A stretch of DNA of 64,000 nucleotides from Planctomycetota bacterium (GCA_038213805.1 JBBQSO010000012.1:21746-85745), one strand, 5' to 3'. Shown: positions 30,365 through 39,637, counted from the first letter of the stretch. The notes: generated from the letters alone by a model not told the origin. Program-made: numbers and translations.

Positions 30365-32368
30365 ATGGCAGATGATCCGACCATCTTCGATCTGCTCGGA
30401 CCCGGGCAGCCGGAGCGGCCTGTGCCGGTCCCGGACGTAGCCGATGGCGGCGAGCTGACTGATGCGCTGATCGCTGCGGCGGTGGCCGCGCTGCGCGCGC
30501 GGGGGCCGCTGCTGCCCCCGGCGGATATCCCGCCCGCGCCTCACGGCCAGCGCGTCTGGGTCTATGACACCGAGGTCTTCCCCAACCTGGTGCTGCACGT
30601 CTTCACCGACGGGCGCAGCACCGAGGTCTTCCATCAGGGGACCTGGGACGCGCTTCGGACCTTCGTCAGCGATCCGGGCAAAGTCCTGGCCGGCTTCAAC
30701 AGCTCGGGCTACGACGACCCGGTGCTGCGCCGCATCCTCGCCCGACCGCACCCCACGTTGGCGGATATCTTTGCGCTCTCGGGCGAGATCATCGGCGGCG
30801 AGCTGCCGCGTGAGCTGCGCTGGGGGCCGGTGCCGTGGGCGCACGGCATCGATGTGCTGCAGCTGCTCAATGGCCGCGGTTCGCTCAAGGAGTGGGAGTG
30901 CCGCCTGGGGCTCGACCTGGTCGCGGAGTCGCCGTGCGATTTCGCCGCGCCGCTGCCGGCTGGCGCCATCGGCGAGGTGCTGCGCTACTGCCTCAACGAC
31001 GTCGCGGCGACCGTGCGGCTGCTGCTCGCCAACTGGGACCTGGTGGCGATGCGCGCGGTGCTGCAGGGCATCTATGGCCAATCCGACACCATCTATGCCA
31101 CCACCGAGGCCGGCATCGCCGAGGCGACCCTGGCCGACCTGGCGCGCCGCGCCAGCGGGGTGACGCGCAGCCAGCTCAAGGCCGCGGCCGCCGCCAATCC
31201 CGACAACCGCCCGCGCACGTGGCCGCTGGATGGATTGATCGCGCCGCGCGTCACTTTCGTCACCCCGCCCTTCTGCACCCTGCTTGCGGCGGTACGGGCC
31301 GGGTCGCTGGTGATCGGCGCGCGCGGTGGCGCGCTCGACCTGCCGCAGCTCCCCGGTCAGGTGTTCACGCACGACGGCACGCTCTATCAGCTCGGCACCG
31401 GCGGCCTGCACTCGCTCGACCAGCCCGGCTCGTGGCGCGCCGACACGGACACCGCCCTCATCGATCTCGACGTGACCAGCTACTATCCGTCGCTGATCAT
31501 CAACGAGGGCTGGCACCCGCGCCACTATGGTCCGGCCTTCGTTGAGCACCTGCGCGGCATGCGCGACCGCCGCGTCGCCGCCAAGAACGCCGGCGACAAG
31601 CGCACCGCCACCGCGCTCAAGATCGTCATCAACTCAATCTACGGCAAGCTCAACGACGCCTACAGCAGCATCCGCTCGGTGCCCGACGCCTTCCGCGTCA
31701 CGCTCAATGGCCAGCTGCTGCTGCTCATGCTCATCGAGGGGCTGTCCAGCGCCGGCGCCGAGGTGCTGAGCGCCAACACCGACGGCGTGACGGTACGCGT
31801 ACCGCGCGTGCAGCTCGCGGCGGTCGAGGCCGCAGCCGCCGCCTGGGAACGCGCCAGCGCGCTCACCCTGGAGCGCACGTCCTATCGCGCCCTGCACCGC
31901 CGCGACGTGAACAACTACCTGGCCATCACCGCCGCCGGCGAGCTCAAGACCCGCGGCGCCTTCGGCGATGGCGCTAAGGGCGATGGCGCGGTGGTGCGCG
32001 AGGCCGCGGTGGCCTGGCTGGTCGAGGGCATCGAACCGTCCGAGACCGTGGCCCGCTGCAGCGACGTGCGCGCCTTCCTGTTCTACCAGCGTACGCGCAG
32101 CGACGCGCTGCTGGTGCACGGCGAGCGCGCACTCGGCCGCATCGCGCGCTGGTATGTCGGCTTCGGCGGCCCCACCCTGCGCCGGCGCAGCCTCGCCGAA
32201 GGCACCCTCACCACCGTCGCCCATGGCCACCACGCGCGCCTCGCCATGGATATCGCCGGCTGGACGATGGCCGACCTCACCACCCTTGACCGCAGCGCCT
32301 ATGTCGCCGAGGCGTGGCGCCTGATCAACGCGGTGGCGCCGCGCGAGGGGCTGGTGGGAGACGGATGA
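30365..32368 (+). CDS. Phage-type family B DNA polymerase with 3'-5' exonuclease domain
   Basis: ExoI YDTE, ExoII GFNSSGYDD, ExoIII YCLND; GTGGLHS; motif A DLDVTSYYPSLI; motif B KIVINSIYGK; motif C ANTDG; RRDVNNY; KTRG. Confidence 0.9.
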   Translation: MADDPTIFDLLGPGQPERPVPVPDVADGGELTDALIAAAVAALRARGPLLPPADIPPAPHGQRVWVYDTEVFPNLVLHVFTDGRSTEVFHQGTWDALRTFVSDPGKVLAGFNSSGYDDPVLRRILARPHPTLADIFALSGEIIGGELPRELRWGPVPWAHGIDVLQLLNGRGSLKEWECRLGLDLVAESPCDFAAPLPAGAIGEVLRYCLNDVAATVRLLLANWDLVAMRAVLQGIYGQSDTIYATTEAGIAEATLADLARRASGVTRSQLKAAAAANPDNRPRTWPLDGLIAPRVTFVTPPFCTLLAAVRAGSLVIGARGGALDLPQLPGQVFTHDGTLYQLGTGGLHSLDQPGSWRADTDTALIDLDVTSYYPSLIINEGWHPRHYGPAFVEHLRGMRDRRVAAKNAGDKRTATALKIVINSIYGKLNDAYSSIRSVPDAFRVTLNGQLLLLMLIEGLSSAGAEVLSANTDGVTVRVPRVQLAAVEAAAAAWERASALTLERTSYRALHRRDVNNYLAITAAGELKTRGAFGDGAKGDGAVVREAAVAWLVEGIEPSETVARCSDVRAFLFYQRTRSDALLVHGERALGRIARWYVGFGGPTLRRRSLAEGTLTTVAHGHHARLAMDIAGWTMADLTTLDRSAYVAEAWRLINAVAPREGLVGDG

Positions 32369-32404
32369 GCTGCGAGTCGCGAGGCTCGTAGCTCGAAGCT
32401 CGCG
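32367..32404. repeat. CTCGTAG-family inverted repeat downstream of polB
   Basis: GAGCTGCGAGTCGCGAG-G-CTCGTAGCTCGAAGCTCGCG, starting within the polB stop codon. Confidence 0.7.
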
Positions 32405-32463
32405 CGCTCCGGACCCACGAGAATCCCTTCCCACCCCATCCACCTTCCTGATCATCCCGCTGC

Positions 32464-32868
32464 ATGCGCGCCACCCTGCCCGCCTTCCGCGTCTGTCGCA
32501 GCCCCATCCACGGTCGCGGTGTCTTCGCCGCCACGCGCATCCCGCGCCGCATGAAGCTCGGCGAGGTCTCCGGCGAGCTGTGCCGTCTGCCACAGGCGCG
32601 CCAGGCCATGCAGGCCCGCAGCGTCATCCATCTTGTCGAGCTCAGCCGGCGCTGGGCACTGGACTGCTCGCGTGGCAATCATTTCCGCCACCTCAACCAT
32701 TCCTGCCAGGCGAACTGCTACCTGCGCATCTGGCGCCGCCGTGTCGAAGTCTACAGCCGCGGCGTCATTGCCCGTGACCACGAGTTGACCGTCGATTACC
32801 GCAGCACCCAGCATCCCGGCGGCATGGTGTGCGGCTGCGGCCGCCCTGGGTGCCGTTCGCTGCTGTGA
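32464..32868 (+). CDS. SET-domain protein-lysine methyltransferase with post-SET motif
   Basis: SPIHGRGVFA, FRHLNHSCQANC, ELTVDY, CGCGRPGCR. Confidence 0.9.
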   Translation: MRATLPAFRVCRSPIHGRGVFAATRIPRRMKLGEVSGELCRLPQARQAMQARSVIHLVELSRRWALDCSRGNHFRHLNHSCQANCYLRIWRRRVEVYSRGVIARDHELTVDYRSTQHPGGMVCGCGRPGCRSLL

Positions 32869-32872
32869 CGCC

Positions 32873-32897
32873 GCGCCCCTGAATCATCCAGGGGCGC
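32873..32897. terminator. GC-rich hairpin between convergent genes
   Basis: GCGCCCCTG-AATCATC-CAGGGGCGC, perfect 9-bp stem; no U-tract. Confidence 0.55.
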
Positions 32898-32917
32898 CCG
32901 TCCGCGTGCTCGCCGCT

Positions 32918-35653
32918 TCAGCGACGATCCGTCAGCATGGCTAGCAGCGGCGCCACTTCCTCCGCTGCGAAGGCCCGGGCCGACGGCTTCCGCATGCCGA
33001 CTGCCGCCGGAGCGACCAGTTCGATCTTCCAGCGCTGCGCGGCGGTACCGTTGTCGGTGTGCTGCTTGACGTTGATCCCGTCGGCGGTCCCAGAGCCATC
33101 CACGTCCAGGCAGTCGCCGCTGCACTGCGCCGTCAGCCGGTACCAGCCGCCGCCCATGTCAGCGATCTTCCAGCGCTGCGCGGTGCCGCCATTGTCCGTC
33201 CACTGCTGGACATTCGTATCGTTGGCACTGCTCGCGCCGTTCACGTCCAGGCATTTGCCACTGCACTGCGCGGTGAGCTTCCACCAGCCGCCGCCCTGGT
33301 CGTCGAGCCGCCAGCGCTGCGCCGCCGAGCCATTGCTGGTCCACTGCTGGACGTTGGTGCCGTCCGACGTCCCGGCGGCGTTCACATCCAGGCACTTGCC
33401 GCTGCACTGCGCGGTCAGCGTATAGGTCGCGCCAGAGGCCAGACCCGTCGTCTGGATGCGGTCGATCCGCCAACGCTGGGCATCTGTGCCGTTGTCCGGC
33501 GCCTGATTGATCGGTGTGCCGTTGGTGGTGGCGGAATGCAGCACGTCCAGGCACATGCCACTGACCTTGGCGATCACCTTCATGGTGCCGTCACCGCGGT
33601 CGACGATCATCCAGCGCTGCGCGGCGCTGCCGTTGTCGGCCGCCTGGTCGACGCGCGTGCCGTCGCTCAGCCCGCCGCCCTGCACGTCGACGCGCAGGCC
33701 ATTCGCCTGGGAGGTGATGCGGTAGCCATCGCCCAGGTCCTCGATCTTCCAGCGCTGCGCATTGGTGCCGTTGTCGGTATACTGCTGCAGCACGGTCCCG
33801 GCCGCGCCGGTCGAGCCCGGCACGTCCAGACACTTGCCACTGGCCTGTGAGGTGAAGCGGTAGACGCCGCCCGAGGTGATCGCCGCGATGCGCGGGTACA
33901 CATCGACGAAGGTCGTGCCGGTCAGTCCGGCGCTGTCCGTGACGGTAAGGTGCACGCGGTACCACTGCACGGGATCGGTCTCGCCGACCGCGGGTACGGT
34001 GAAGCTGCCGGTCGCGCCGGACAGCGGGCCCAGGAAGGGATGGGTATGGACCTCGTGGTGGAAGACGATGGTCCAGCTGAGCGCGCTGGCCGGCAGCGCG
34101 CCGTCCACCGCGTCCTGGCCCGTCCCGGCGTAGGCGATGGTCGCGCCGTCGCTGAACAGGGAGAAATTCCGGGGCGCGGTGATGGTCGCCACCGGTGCGG
34201 TGCGGTCGCGCACTGTCAGCACCGCCTCGGCGCTGGTCGCGCTGCCCGCAGCGTTGCGCACCACCGCGCGGAAGCGCGCGCCATCGTCGGCGAGGGCGGC
34301 GGTAATCGCATAGGTCGCCCCGGTCGCCCCGGCGATATCGACCCCGCCACGCTGCCATTGGAAGCTGAGCGGCGCCGCGCCCGAGGCCCCGACGGTGAAC
34401 GACGCGCGGCCGCCGACGCCGGTGGTGGCCGGCTGCGGCTGCGCCGAGATGCTCGGCGCCTGGCTGCCCGTGTAGGTGATGCGGACCAGGCGGCCGCTCG
34501 CCGACGAGGTGTTGTCCGCGCTCGAGCCGCGTGCCAGGTACCACAGCGCGCCATCTGGCGCCGCGCGCAGGTCGATCGGATTGGCGACGCCGCGCGCGAA
34601 GACCGTGGCCGCGCCCTGGTCGGTTGCGTCGCCGCGCAGCGCCTGCGGATCGATGAAGCGGATCCAGCCGTTGGAGTAGTCGCTGAAGAAGTACTTGCCG
34701 ACGTAGCCCGCGGGGAACATCGCGGTCGCGGGATCGTAGAACGTCCCGCCGGTGATGGCCGAGCCACGGGTGTCGCCGCTGCCGTGCGGGTAGGTGAAGA
34801 CCGGGTCGCGATAGCGGCTGTCGTGCAGCACGCCGTCGGTGGCGCCGCCGGTGAACCCGTAGTTCGCGCCGGCCACACCCAGGTCGATCTCCTCCCAGCT
34901 GTTCTCACCGACGTCGTTGATGAAGTATCGGCCCGTTCCGGGTTGGAATGCGGCGGTGAAGGGGTTGCGCAGGCCCAGCGCCCAGATCGCCTGGTTGCGA
35001 CCGCTGGTCTGGCCGACGAAGGGGTTGTCGGACGGGATCGAGCCGTCGGCGTTGAGGCGCAGCACCTTGCCCAGCACGTTGGCCAGGCTCTGGTCGTTGG
35101 CCGAGCTAGCGTTGTTGCCGGTCGCGACGTAGAGCTTGCCGTCGGGCCCGAAGTGGATCGCGCCACCGTTGTGGTTGCCCGCGCTCGACAGGTTGTCGCA
35201 CTCGAAGATCACCGTCTCGGCGCCCGCCACGTCGCCGTTCAGGGTGAAGCGGCTGACGCGGTTGTGCGTCGCCGGCGTGCGCGCGGTGTAGTAGACGTAG
35301 ATGCGGTGATTGTTGGCGAAGTCGGGATCGCAGGTGACGCCATCCAGACCGCGCTCGTTGAAGTTGTCCACCTGACCGCTGATGTCGAAGGCGGGAGTGG
35401 TCAGCAGCGCATTGCTCTTCACCACGCGCAACCGTCCGACCTTCTCGCAGACCAGCACGCGCCCGTCGGGCAGCACCTCCATGGCAGTCGGGTCCAGGCC
35501 ACTGGCGACCTGGACCTCGGCGAAGCCGCTCGGCAGGGTCGCCGCCGGGGCCATGGGGGTGGCGATCAGGGCAAGCAGGGTGAGCGCGCCGGCCGACAGC
35601 GCGGCCAGCCAGCCGCGGCACGGCCGCGGCGTGGGGTTGATGATGCGACGCAT
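32918..35653 (-). CDS. Secreted glucose/sorbosone dehydrogenase-type (PQQ-dependent-like) protein with Ig/PKD-like and two ricin-B lectin domains
   Basis: NERGLDG, NHNGGAIHFGPDGKLY, WALGLRNPF, NDVGENSWEE; Ig segment APLSFQWQ; six KCLDV...QxW-type subrepeats. Confidence 0.88.
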   Translation of the reverse strand: MRRIINPTPRPCRGWLAALSAGALTLLALIATPMAPAATLPSGFAEVQVASGLDPTAMEVLPDGRVLVCEKVGRLRVVKSNALLTTPAFDISGQVDNFNERGLDGVTCDPDFANNHRIYVYYTARTPATHNRVSRFTLNGDVAGAETVIFECDNLSSAGNHNGGAIHFGPDGKLYVATGNNASSANDQSLANVLGKVLRLNADGSIPSDNPFVGQTSGRNQAIWALGLRNPFTAAFQPGTGRYFINDVGENSWEEIDLGVAGANYGFTGGATDGVLHDSRYRDPVFTYPHGSGDTRGSAITGGTFYDPATAMFPAGYVGKYFFSDYSNGWIRFIDPQALRGDATDQGAATVFARGVANPIDLRAAPDGALWYLARGSSADNTSSASGRLVRITYTGSQAPSISAQPQPATTGVGGRASFTVGASGAAPLSFQWQRGGVDIAGATGATYAITAALADDGARFRAVVRNAAGSATSAEAVLTVRDRTAPVATITAPRNFSLFSDGATIAYAGTGQDAVDGALPASALSWTIVFHHEVHTHPFLGPLSGATGSFTVPAVGETDPVQWYRVHLTVTDSAGLTGTTFVDVYPRIAAITSGGVYRFTSQASGKCLDVPGSTGAAGTVLQQYTDNGTNAQRWKIEDLGDGYRITSQANGLRVDVQGGGLSDGTRVDQAADNGSAAQRWMIVDRGDGTMKVIAKVSGMCLDVLHSATTNGTPINQAPDNGTDAQRWRIDRIQTTGLASGATYTLTAQCSGKCLDVNAAGTSDGTNVQQWTSNGSAAQRWRLDDQGGGWWKLTAQCSGKCLDVNGASSANDTNVQQWTDNGGTAQRWKIADMGGGWYRLTAQCSGDCLDVDGSGTADGINVKQHTDNGTAAQRWKIELVAPAAVGMRKPSARAFAAEEVAPLLAMLTDRR

Positions 35654-35953
35654 GGGGTGTTCCTGCTGGGTGAAGCGGAAGAAGCGGCAGTGGGTGCCGC
35701 ATTCGTATGGACCACGGACGTGGCGCATGTCGGTCTTTTATGTCGATACCGATCTGGCGACTATGCAGGGTCTTTGGCAGGGTTGGTCAGGAGCTGAAGC
35801 CCGCGTACGAGATGCCCCGGGTGGTCACGCATAAATTCAGCATCCGCCTGCCGCGCTCCTGGACGACGGTCGACGTCCGGCGGTTCGCGAAAGCCGCGCA
35901 GTTCATCTGGCATGCGCCGCAGTGTCGAGCGACATGCCCGAACAACCCGTATT

Positions 35954-35969
35954 GAAAAAACGTTTTTTC
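35954..35969. promoter_or_regulatory. Perfect 16-bp palindrome, LacI-family operator-like
   Basis: GAAAAAACGTTTTTTC in a divergent promoter region; extremely AT-rich for this genome. Confidence 0.65.
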
Positions 35970-36007
35970 TAGACAACGCAAGCGGGCGACCACGGTACGA
36001 ACTCGTG

Positions 36008-36021
36008 TGGAAGCGCTTTCA
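36008..36021. promoter_or_regulatory. LacI/cre-like operator
   Basis: TGGAAGCGCTTTCA near-palindrome about 40 nt upstream of the ATG at 36060. Confidence 0.6.
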
Positions 36022-36059
36022 GACCACCTCCTGATCGACCACCTCACCCTGGGATCACC

Positions 36060-39000
36060 ATGCCGCTCGCCCGCCCCATCAGCATCCGCCTCCTATCCCT
36101 GCTTGCCCCCGCCCTGCTCTCGGGCGCTTTGCTCGGTGCCCAGGACCAGCCTGTGCCAGGCTCCCTGCCGGTGCTGCTGATCGGCGGGCAGAACAACCAC
36201 GACTGGAAGCTGACCAACGCCTTCCTGATGGACCTCTTCCACGCCGCCCCGGGCCTCGCCGCGGTCGAGGACGACACGCCGCCCGCCGACGCGCCACCCG
36301 CAGCCTGGGACGCCTGGCACCCGCAGTTCACCAAGTACCGCTGCGTGGTCCTCGACTACAACGGCCAGATGTGGCCCGACGCGGTGAAGCAGGACTTCGA
36401 GGCCTACATCGCCGGCGGCGGCGGCGCGCTGGTGCTGCACGCCTCCAACAACAGCTTCACCGGCTGGACCGAGTACGAGAAGATGGTCGGCATGCTGTGG
36501 CGCGACCAGAAGTACGGCGCCAGCCTTTACGTCGACGCGCAGGGCACGGTCGTGCGCGAAGAAGCCGGCCAGGGCCGCGGCATGGGCCACGGCGCGCAGT
36601 ACGACTGGCAGCTCACCATCCGCGACGCCGTCCATCCCATCACCGCGGGCATGCCCGACCACTGGCTGCACATCAAGGATGAGCTCTACCACGGCCAGCG
36701 CGGGCCCGCACAGGACGTGCACATCCTGATGACGGCCCACTCCGATCCCGGCAAGGGCGGCACCGGCAAGGACGAGCCGATCGTGTGGTGGGTGCCCTAT
36801 GGCAAGGGCAAGGTGGTGACCGATGTGATGGGCCACGTCGGTGAGACCGCGACCCTGTCCTGCGTCGGTTACCAGACCACCGTGCTGCGCGCGATCGAAT
36901 GGCTGGCCACCGGCGCCTGCGCCACGCCCATCCCCAAGGACTTTCCCACGCCCGAGCGCACCACGCAGCGCTATCCCGGTGGTCCGGCCAAGTCGCTCGA
37001 TCCCGAGATGACGCCCGCGGAGTCGCTCGCGCGCTTCAAGTTGCCGCCCGGCTACCACATCGAGCTGGTCGCCAGCGATCCCACCATCATCAACCCGGTG
37101 GCGTGCAGCTGGGACGGCGACGGCCGGCTGTACGTCGCGGAGATGCGCACGTACATGCTCGACGCCGACGCCAAGGGCGAGAACGAGCCGCGCTCGCGCG
37201 TCACCCGCCTGGTCGACTCCAAGGGCACCGGCGTCTACGACCAGGCCACCGTCTTCGCCGACGGCCTGGTGCTGCCGCGCATGGTCCTCGCCCTCGGCAA
37301 GCGCGTGATCATCGCCGAGACCTCCACCGGCAAGTTCGTCTCGTACGGTGACAAGGACGGCGACGGCGTCGCCGATGACAAGGTCGAGGTCTTCGACGGC
37401 GGCCGCAGCAACGGCAACCTCGAGCACCAGGACAGCGCCCTGCAGTGGAGCCTGGACAACCGCCTCTACACCGCGCAGGTCGGCAGCCGGCGCTTCCGCA
37501 TCGCCGCCGACGGCCACTGGGATTCAGAGCCGCTCTACGGTCGCGGCTCGCAGTGGGGCCTGGCGATCGACGATCTCGGCCGCACCTACAGTTCGGCTGC
37601 GGGCGGCGAAAACGGCGCCTTCGGTTTCCAGCAGCTGCCCGCGTATGGCGCGCTCGAACTCGAGGGCGAGCAAGGCGAGGGCTTCACCGAGGTCTACCCG
37701 CGCCTGCAGACGGTCGACGTGCAGGGCGGTCTCGGCCGCGTCCATCCACTGCGCGGCACGCTCAACCATCTCACCGGCTGCGCCGGCCAGTCGATCTTCC
37801 GTGGCGACCGCCTGCCCGCCGACCTCGCGGGCGACTACATCCTGCCCGAGCCGGTCGGCCGCCTGGTGCGCCGCGCCAAGATCCAGGTCCAGGACGGCAA
37901 ACGCGTGCTGGTCAACGCCTACGACCACGACGAGTTCATCACCTCGACCGATCCCTCGTTCCGCCCGGTGTGGAGCGCGACCGGTCCCGACGGCTGCCTC
38001 TACATCTGCGACCTGCACCACGGCATCATCCAGGAGGGCGCCTGGACCAACCCGGGTTCCTACCTGCGCGGCATCATCGATCGCGACGGGCATGCGAAGT
38101 ATGTGGGCCATGGCCGCATCTACCGCGTCGTCGCAGACGGCTTCAAACCCGGCCCGCAGCCGCAGCTGCTGGAGCGCAAGGCGTCGGAGCTGGTGCAATA
38201 CCTGGCCCACCCCAACGGCTGGTGGCGCGACACCGCGCAGCAGCTGATCGTGCTGTCCGGCGACAAGAGCGTGGTGCCGGCGCTGCAGCAGCTCGCGCGC
38301 TCGGGCTCCACGCCGCTCGGCCGCATGCACGCGCTGTGGGCGCTCGATGGCTTGGGCGCCAGCGACCACGACCTGCTTGTCGCCGCCTGCAAGGATGCGG
38401 ACTGGCGCGTGCGCTGCGCCGCGGTGCGCATTGGCGAGGCACTGCTTATCAAGGGCGACGCGGCCTTCCTCGCCGCGCTCACTCCGCTCGGCGCCGACCC
38501 GGTCATCGACGTGGTGGTGCAGGTCGTCGACTCGCTGCGCTTCGTCACCGACCCGCAGGGCAAACTGCTGCTCGCGGCGATCGCGGCCCGCCACATCGGC
38601 AACGAGATCGTCACCGCCTCGGCGCAGCAGAGCCTGCGCTACGACCCCGCGCACCCCACGCCGATCAACGTCAAGCTCGACGCCAAGAGCCTGGCCCTAG
38701 CGAAGAAGGGCTACGAGCACTACACGCAACTGTGCTTCGCCTGCCACGGTCTCGACGGCAAGGGCGTGACCAGCAACGACGGCCAGCGCATGGCCCCGCC
38801 GTTGTCCGGCTCGGCCCGCGTGCAGGGCAGCGCCGACGCGCTGACGCGCATCGTCCTCGACGGCCTGACCGGCGAGATCGACGGCAAGACCTACGTCGGC
38901 CTGATGGTGCCGATGAAGGCCAACGACGACCAGTGGCTGGCCGAGGTGCTGACCTACGTGCGCAGCAGCTTCGGCAACAGCGCCCCGGCGATCACCGCCG

Positions 39001-39494
39001 CGGACGTCACGCGCATCCGCGCCGCCACCGCCAGCCGCGCCCAGCCCTGGACCATGGTCGAGCTCAAGGACTTCCTGCCGCTGTCGGCCGAGGTGCTGAA
39101 GGGCTGGACGTATTCCGCGTCGCTCAACTCCGGCGCGGCTGGACACGCAGCCGACGGCAACCGTGACTCGCGCTGGGACACGGGCGCCGGCCAGACCGCC
39201 GGGCAGTGGTTCCAGATCGACATGGCCAAGCCTTACGCGCTCAACCGCCTGGTTCTCGACGCCGAGCCCTCGACCAACGACTACCCACGCGGCTGGGAGG
39301 TGCGCCTGAGCGACGACGGCACGACCTGGTCCGAGCCCGTCGCCACGGGCGAGGGCAAGGCCGCGGTCACCGAGATCGCCTTGCCAGGCAAGTCCGCGCG
39401 CTACGTGCGCATCGTCCAGACCGCTTCAGGGAAGACCGGATTGTTCTGGTCGATCCATGAGTTGAAGGCGTACGCGAAGGAGCAGGGAAAGTAG
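36060..39494 (+). CDS. ThuA-like + PVC-type membrane-bound dehydrogenase propeller + HEAT repeats + cytochrome c + F5/8 (discoidin) multidomain protein
   Basis: GGQNNHDW, DELYH, YGKGKV (ThuA); FKLPPGYHIELVASDP, LYVAEMRTYM, FRPV..TGPDGCLY; NGWWRDTAQ, HALWALDG (HEAT); CFACHG heme motif; SRWDTG..QWFQIDM..WSIHE. Confidence 0.88.
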   Translation: MPLARPISIRLLSLLAPALLSGALLGAQDQPVPGSLPVLLIGGQNNHDWKLTNAFLMDLFHAAPGLAAVEDDTPPADAPPAAWDAWHPQFTKYRCVVLDYNGQMWPDAVKQDFEAYIAGGGGALVLHASNNSFTGWTEYEKMVGMLWRDQKYGASLYVDAQGTVVREEAGQGRGMGHGAQYDWQLTIRDAVHPITAGMPDHWLHIKDELYHGQRGPAQDVHILMTAHSDPGKGGTGKDEPIVWWVPYGKGKVVTDVMGHVGETATLSCVGYQTTVLRAIEWLATGACATPIPKDFPTPERTTQRYPGGPAKSLDPEMTPAESLARFKLPPGYHIELVASDPTIINPVACSWDGDGRLYVAEMRTYMLDADAKGENEPRSRVTRLVDSKGTGVYDQATVFADGLVLPRMVLALGKRVIIAETSTGKFVSYGDKDGDGVADDKVEVFDGGRSNGNLEHQDSALQWSLDNRLYTAQVGSRRFRIAADGHWDSEPLYGRGSQWGLAIDDLGRTYSSAAGGENGAFGFQQLPAYGALELEGEQGEGFTEVYPRLQTVDVQGGLGRVHPLRGTLNHLTGCAGQSIFRGDRLPADLAGDYILPEPVGRLVRRAKIQVQDGKRVLVNAYDHDEFITSTDPSFRPVWSATGPDGCLYICDLHHGIIQEGAWTNPGSYLRGIIDRDGHAKYVGHGRIYRVVADGFKPGPQPQLLERKASELVQYLAHPNGWWRDTAQQLIVLSGDKSVVPALQQLARSGSTPLGRMHALWALDGLGASDHDLLVAACKDADWRVRCAAVRIGEALLIKGDAAFLAALTPLGADPVIDVVVQVVDSLRFVTDPQGKLLLAAIAARHIGNEIVTASAQQSLRYDPAHPTPINVKLDAKSLALAKKGYEHYTQLCFACHGLDGKGVTSNDGQRMAPPLSGSARVQGSADALTRIVLDGLTGEIDGKTYVGLMVPMKANDDQWLAEVLTYVRSSFGNSAPAITAADVTRIRAATASRAQPWTMVELKDFLPLSAEVLKGWTYSASLNSGAAGHAADGNRDSRWDTGAGQTAGQWFQIDMAKPYALNRLVLDAEPSTNDYPRGWEVRLSDDGTTWSEPVATGEGKAAVTEIALPGKSARYVRIVQTASGKTGLFWSIHELKAYAKEQGK

Positions 39495-39637
39495 CGCCGC
39501 GGGGAGACGGCTCGTCGTCGGGCTATTGCGAGCTGCGAGCTGTGAGGCGCAAAGCGTTGCCGGTGCGCGCCTCGATGACCTGGTGGCACGCCGGCAGTCG
39601 TCTTGCCTGGACGGTGCAGGATGGCTAGGGTGCGGGG

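Noticed and set aside
30231..32900. Prophage or pipolin around polB
   Set aside because: No integrase, tRNA/att site, structural or other replication genes, and no obvious compositional shift; I could not recognise protein-primed PolB hallmarks.
33020..33860. Recurrent DNA motif (gatcttccagcgctgcgc...) at roughly 140-nt spacing, superficially CRISPR-like
   Set aside because: These are the coding QxW subrepeats of ricin-B lectin domains; degenerate at third positions; no cas genes.
34310..34345. DIAGATGAT as an ApbE flavinylation motif
   Set aside because: It is a common sequence of bacterial Ig-like domains, not within an FMN-binding domain.
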